Origin: a virus
Lineage: Duplodnaviria; Caudoviricetes
Strand: one strand, 5' to 3'
IMG/VR virus record: IMGVR_UViG_3300036987_000531
Location: 1 to 40,351 of that record
Length of the DNA: 40,351 bases
Shown: positions 39,801-40,351 of the stretch, piece after piece
Layout of the letters: every line of letters starts with the position of its first letter
Numbering within the stretch: the stretch's first letter is position 1
Position numbers and translations under genes: made by a program
The notes under the pieces: model-generated
Databases searched by the model: none
What the model was told of the DNA's origin: nothing
The model's input: the letters and a program-made list of their open reading frames with translations, nothing else

Positions 39801-40351
39801 CAGGGCTATTGGGCCTGACAGGCGCAATGGGCGGTGTTGCAGAAGATATCCAAAAGGCCAGCCATTTTGTCAGCACAGGACAGATCGGCAGGGCACTTGA
39901 GAAAACACTGCCCACGGCAGCGTCAAACATTCTCCGAGGAATACGGGAAGCCAGAACGGGAGTAACGACCGAAAAGAGCCGTGTCCTGTGGGACAAAGGA
40001 GGAAAGCCATACAGACCAACAGCAGGAGAGACGGCAGCACGGATCATAGGCTTTCAGAGTTCGAGACAATCGGTAGCGCGGGAAAGAAGCAATGAGATGT
40101 ACCAGGCAGAACAAGGTTTTCTAAAAAGGAAGGATGCTCTCTACGAGGAGTTACGGGCCTGGGCAGTGGATCCAAAGAGGACAAATGCCGGACTGACAAG
40201 GATATACAAGAAACAGGGAGAATACAACAAGGCCCTTATTGATGCACGTCTCGCAGGTCGAGTACCCCTCATTCGCTCGTCGGAGATGAGCCGGCAAATT
40301 AAGGGGGTCATGGTGCCGTCAAAAAAAGACTTTTTACGCCAACAACGATAA
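24887..40351 (+). CDS. Giant polyvalent ejection protein (5154 aa): DNA adenine methyltransferase + strawberry-notch helicase + JAB/RadC + metallopeptidase
   Basis: GGGAGG RBS, GTG start, uninterrupted ORF. LEPSAGVGG (31583), NPPF (31778), GDGTGVGKGR (32837), DESH (33158), SAT, QGLGRTHRSNQ, HNHPSG...SPED (36092), HEAVGH (36995). Confidence 0.9.
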   Translation: MANDNFLDELAGTTTIEGKKAEKPAKRGFLDELAGTTETFGPDTDDRSTYRKVGEGMVGITREGVKGVARGWLQANKGIGSAIEYLGRIGDQYTGSPPEWGIDEIGPEHLGTPIPKADPNGPTYEPPPGPPKEGATTRFGKQVRQYWDEPLKKVEPEVGSIYDIKDPEGFFKWGAGALGQMGAQVAITAPFMLQGRAVQMAKVAPEVAKTTLGKKALSYLVDWAKLKPMDVPIAMMEGGEILGGQIERFEKGETRELSPLRGLAAIFIASKFEELGTEKATAKLLKFGPDVAEFAKKGLWNRISQSALTQMLGEGSEEFFQAYAEQYGIDPSDLLTRKQFLEAVDAAAAGAVGGFGIGGATGAIARKTYEAGTKDATKAGEPVTGELGGQPATQPPIMGQPAVQPPMTPPGTQPPTMPPSPQPTPPSPPGDQQATAIVEQVKNSLENGQITAEQAGVIRQKAAAVLGEQHPEIQRMDRVILDNARMANLPSGMADGIRMAQEAQKAAEEAAILPSEPMDELDEMTVPDIVEPQSTVSSDDVLELDTKTIEGKALTPGGYIAPDEKEIERSNKLLSLASDTGEQGAEAPSSDTTATTNLKDDEKFSGTKQESADKSTSSAFSIGDRVTRGGRTGTVAQIYQPTEDQPTIRLYVKWDEDPNKQPNELTSMASAAPESEFTKMIDQKAVTDKGVIGNKAQDKEIPETEIIDQKAVTDKENGDISAAVKAIRQKHPYAGAMSTTKMPEGLTHTEADNAQADELAETIWGFTEKQRDNLGRAKYKLQTEEIEAPPSKKGYVSSNGITLGKAPNGTWTYGYNINIANGGHGWHPGIYERKQYDTREAALLGAIQDYRNALEKRVKDESSATVKKEANILRSWLSSLEAGAQTKKAPAKKGIHEVTKEEEAAQAKAKKKELPPHTLRKITTGDTYKGGYMATVTEGPHKDVIGVAMTERGARDDLMRNIKEREKIGSAAAEAKEKTPKTTKKPKAITEDTPFPCYTFFKQYRYFLPLLQKIRKGQDLAGGSDSRWNSFVQLFNEAMNNGEIPMKQPPSGLEGQEPGTVEWTESEVFDLITDEMARFQNKGGQAQAHAQEQEQEIETAAIPLTDEQLQDDGFIPEKDIEAIVDTTEINIIGLKEELNEEGFSDTEIGQIVSGLEAASDNQIAGKEFAERLAALKEQVKKSKTEQPATTTDGELFNTNDIFTLSGNQSVKQGEFKTTKEPKAELFSRPKPVFQNEREKEEEQKKKLAEALAAKNKPQKINVPPTEDLSKKSINELVTDAFDIINHFIEEDEGKVSDTRIDYGKTEGIKQELYQKLRPILEEIAKRATTKGLDVKAYLFGAVDAQPEGKAKQFYEAAAAQYAEEQNKPVPEVVKTEAPKGIEEGPAEEGFAWGPVSSSLAENIGDVDVELGARLKKLAGPRFSDYEAVVDEIKKAMKEATERGETGKANKIKEELRVQTGNLRMPTADQRAASRAMEGKETPAETTPETGAKKPPFGPTELLGTIPDKKNNLEIFVAGNINGGSFSVSIRDNDTMEFLPTVRIFPSEKLAWEVAGEIAQGKKAKIDPPDDWRNHLIKARMYALMLGVPFEVDWYTSKIVEAIDKKLMEDTAAKPGEPPKGKSFDMNLSERIRDKTLEKVKPYLNPNNSETALLATIEKAADEAYGEIVDEILGTNEPVSTTQKVYLDTWDKKSFAEAVLKYIKRHDLMTKKQEAEAPKETPKPEVYKTGDRIVITGAYHNATIRGRHGVIKAVGGYTMTPIFGGQSSHTVTYEVETDNGLSFPSMKAEDLERETGPLAGKLVKDIYFDNRYQTPENVFGMISYSKKHAQNSREAATRARKDSNRASHLRVAASYDKDAQKYRDAFDAWASQYPEEAEKIRPATKEQPPQQQTALAPETGTVTGTSDAYEKLKSVGLTLVKTTTKNGHPVWNLGGNTRNYKDAIKKAKGIWYGPKKVWSFYGTEDPAEKIIKAFDAMYSHPDTVPWQSKKGEQGKSPLTTGRGSLIPKSIGKNKYGQEIFEDEKGVRSIMEGPIRITEPVGLTPTRNGITFDVERKDPRFLTTDENTQTTTTPNATTGQGTQPVQPQAPVPSPTEERMGADKIKAARSIMTRVDAALANQEVFTREQLMKWGEEAYGGTIASGAFTWKDLFDAMELGINRYLGQGQRLYDPTRGMVIDARDTIDHIREHVLDKIPSQHGFRTKEMDEYQQFSTPPDLAYLMAWVANIKPGETVLEPSAGVGGLAVFARNAGAKVCVNELSQRRASLLRQMGFGQVFTENGEQIDNILPDHIKPTVIIMNPPFSATAGRMQGRRSPENLIRHISQALSRLEPGGRLVVLTGKGLFGKSKTFNEWLDNIDVTNDVIADITISGEGYKKYGTTYDNRLIVIDKTKTNATVIQEEVSDIKHAAALLKGVRDARNSVTEQPSAQPGSEEVSQGSRPVDAVLPPAGGGTVERGQGTAQQRPGPGSVPVLRGDGGAGTETGLETAPEGRGPGGSERTAGDLSGRPGVGGSRPADEHAGSGRLLTPEPALTVQQTEEYTDEDLESGNIFEEYTPSIKIEGAQPHPAELVESAAMATVKAPKTTYVPNIDKKLVETGALSDVQLEAITMSGQAHGEVLDSGVYLDANGNVATSRSQESKTFHTFRKGFFIGDGTGVGKGREIAGIILDNWNRGRRRALWISQNTDLIHDAKRDLVALGMDPKLVIDYAGVKFGQPIKQKEGILFISYDTLKYKKGVVRRIDPVVAWAGQEFDGVIAFDESHNMGNALSTRGRRGTKKPSMKAVVGVELQSRLYNSRTVYASATGATEVANLSYCDHLGLWGKGTPFSTKRNFIEQISGAGIAGMEMIAQCLKAMGSYSARNLSFDGVKYETIEHELTENQKAIYDEMARSWQIVLQNIHAALQATGITGTNHAGQTVTRNGNARKNVIGAFWGAHQRFFNQIITSMQTPTVIKAIEKNLADGDAAVVQLVNTNEAQTDRAMAKREEGERLEDLDLTPREGLMNYLENSFPIQQYEEYTDDNGNIRSRLVLDSSGNPVINREAVAMRDALLRRLGMLKVPDASLDMIIRHFGIDRAAEATGRSKRLVDKTNDQGGNERVVERWSKAKGLNDIHAFMHDKKKLLVFSDAAGTGRSFHADKTEKNQRLRHHYLLQPGWRADRAIQGLGRTHRSNQKQPPYVHLVTTNLKGQKRFISSIARRLEQLGSLTKGQRDTATQGIFKLKDNLENSHARQAFIRLIHTIFHGGIENLSMAEFEQETGMRLTDDQGQLRDDIPEITQFLNRLLSLTVDRQEEVFNAFDAHLDRIIEKAAADGTLDAGMETILAKGAKRTREEIVYTGPQGEQTKYNEIELSEDAVTVDFQTSKMWAASGYVVNKKSGVVWAANRERITTDTGTGEMTAVVTLTSPRGTVHVVEAQDLKDGEKYERIDDMSKAEALWGEQHDKVPKTKTRKIHLITGALLPIWDRLPQEHVRVMRLKLNTGEKLLGRLIPDKSLNGVLKKLNVDKSTAAYTPEQAYNAILDNGETIQLANDWTLKRVKTQGMDRIEVTGETLWRFESQLEHSGALIERISYKTRVFIPTGDDGIAVMKEILAISPIFDVEGGGGALTTSIAENKLGYGDEAQEQGALFNTDTAGSERPFRRTAGPVSRQQEVVTERIGSYRAGTNKIENVDDVGQIARNLLDDPQETFAAILIKDDGTVHSVHRISRGGIASSIVQPVVAVGQALNTEGVTGLWFIHNHPSGVAELSPEDKDVGSRLVNLAQGSGVTVHGIMAVTPTEYAAMDYMGAVLEKTGKMPKKRQQTETIPVVERRFSKQKTGRIQATGPALAVKAYNQAGIKANNPNITVGFFDIRNKLISTITIERLSPIRGEIQRMLLQEADRRNATNIAIYAPQRAILEGEAKNIANFGRAAGLAILDIIDAGFSMHGRGMLQSDGSQMFFKLTTQADMDNLSFDIRPPKTPRFSVDQVRQFLALPLKQWKNVGKVQVIKTARDLPARFMRYVQEGDTIFGAYDQETDTTYIIADSIPNARAAIVTLMHEAVGHRGITAILRNADVDLIWQQIVKAYQGTPLMDRIVKGYGQKMGTLRLPLDLNDKDDRRIAVNEFIAHMAEAREATPAWTRVVGIIRAALRRIAPNLTWSDADILHLIDRARTYSGVMPKATTGTYFKKGIEGSTTGSSVVDDLLRQIETLAPPDPKSPPLEIKGWVRDHAKAAAATIMAHMPGNLPHAHFLERVLKNPLWYEHPVLKQLFNVMAHHRQETYHELFYDFNDTGKATTVSEEVARLRKTDRKSYEDLSRILIVADAEWVCEKEWTFEDRIKNMKVSEDVKRVALLIRSAFDKMLDARQAPMKELLKKLEEQGYEEDLFALDEEGTKNFHVFTVRPTKEFDSFWTASGKERQERAGLPYHEGINYIVGHSRAGGMEVQAIHFSREAFTEETAADWWNDHKQFFRKAHRDYKAELRQTIMGALQVMDQWRGYYFPRLRKTGPIVITAYKEDEFGDRQYIHEHGSKYWSELRSKELELEGYKEVKVRDSQRLPESIYLNIRTIDVQKSIDYAVTGMKSTTSADILAKFNEDLIEQAVNMIRERGIESTKIHRILKGRVVKGYIEDPIEAYLRYTSGVAGGMAKGEVSQKATELLRQIDPTTEAKAYDTAKRYIEENLRNVDTADRVMAYAKAIATLKFLGFNPRSAVVNLTAMVTSAPAAIHQYAGGGKVSMVRVHKEIAHAGRTYAKHMVGKTLEAEDQIIAERITREGYDAPQLTRDALGAMQGGLERSWDRMMNVAMFMFSKTEQWNRGTTILAAYKVAKQRFEREGLAGEELVEAAYSAAIEATDKAHAAYGKANLPEWAQGTSASARVGQAMYVYGNFGHNYVQLLYDLGAKKHNIVGFTWALAAPVIIAGGAAWPFKDELLWLINGMLRTLGIGTGVDKFVWDKTRKHLGEQAEVLGRRGIFGLAGVDISGSLGIGLGIPTGLLGLTGAMGGVAEDIQKASHFVSTGQIGRALEKTLPTAASNILRGIREARTGVTTEKSRVLWDKGGKPYRPTAGETAARIIGFQSSRQSVARERSNEMYQAEQGFLKRKDALYEELRAWAVDPKRTNAGLTRIYKKQGEYNKALIDARLAGRVPLIRSSEMSRQIKGVMVPSKKDFLRQQR
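26927..27032 (+). repeat. 28-bp perfect direct repeat inside the giant gene
   Basis: ATTGATCAGAAAGCCGTTACTGACAAAG at 26927 and 27005 (IDQKAVTDK twice, 78 nt apart). Confidence 0.9.

Larger units (their letters stand above)
2423..40351 (+). mobile_element. Phage/prophage virion morphogenesis operon (short-tailed, N4-gp56-type capsid)
   Basis: Co-oriented, often overlapping genes: terminase, portal, lysis, scaffold, capsid, tail, ejection proteins. No tape-measure, sheath or tube genes recognised. The element boundaries are not visible. Confidence 0.93.

Noticed and set aside
25337-40114. Many 100-310 aa antisense or alternative-frame ORFs within the giant gene
   Set aside because: Expected from codon bias; composition is Ser/Phe-rich mirror sequence with no domain signatures.
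24887-40351. Intein, frameshift or virion RNA polymerase (N4-like) explaining the ORF size
   Set aside because: No Hint/LAGLIDADG or RNA polymerase motifs were recognised. The frame is continuous and the length is explained by other domains.

Overview
The window is almost entirely the late (virion) operon of a short-tailed temperate-type phage or prophage with an N4-gp56-family capsid and a P22/933W-like layout, all on the + strand from about 2.4 kb. The order is: TerS, TerL, portal, an inserted cassette (secreted FN3 protein, membrane proteins, GH108 endolysin, LL-H-like holin), scaffold, major capsid, decoration/accessory proteins, adaptor, tail nozzle, a tail-fibre module, and three probable ejection (internal virion) proteins. 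The last ejection gene is a single 15.5-kb ORF (5154 aa), a 'polyvalent' protein. It carries an N6-adenine methyltransferase plus strawberry-notch helicase module, an intact and a degenerate JAB/RadC domain, an HExxGH metallopeptidase and several small domains. The first ejection protein ends in a glycine zipper plus a CFI-box-CTERM-like domain. The first 2.2 kb holds three more AT-rich accessory or host genes: a cNMP-binding protein, a possible permuted macrodomain, and a pentapeptide/Zn-finger protein. Several intergenic gaps contain long hairpins, and there is a 22-bp palindromic tandem repeat. No integrase, att site, tRNA or CRISPR array was seen. All family calls come from motif recognition by eye, not from database searches.
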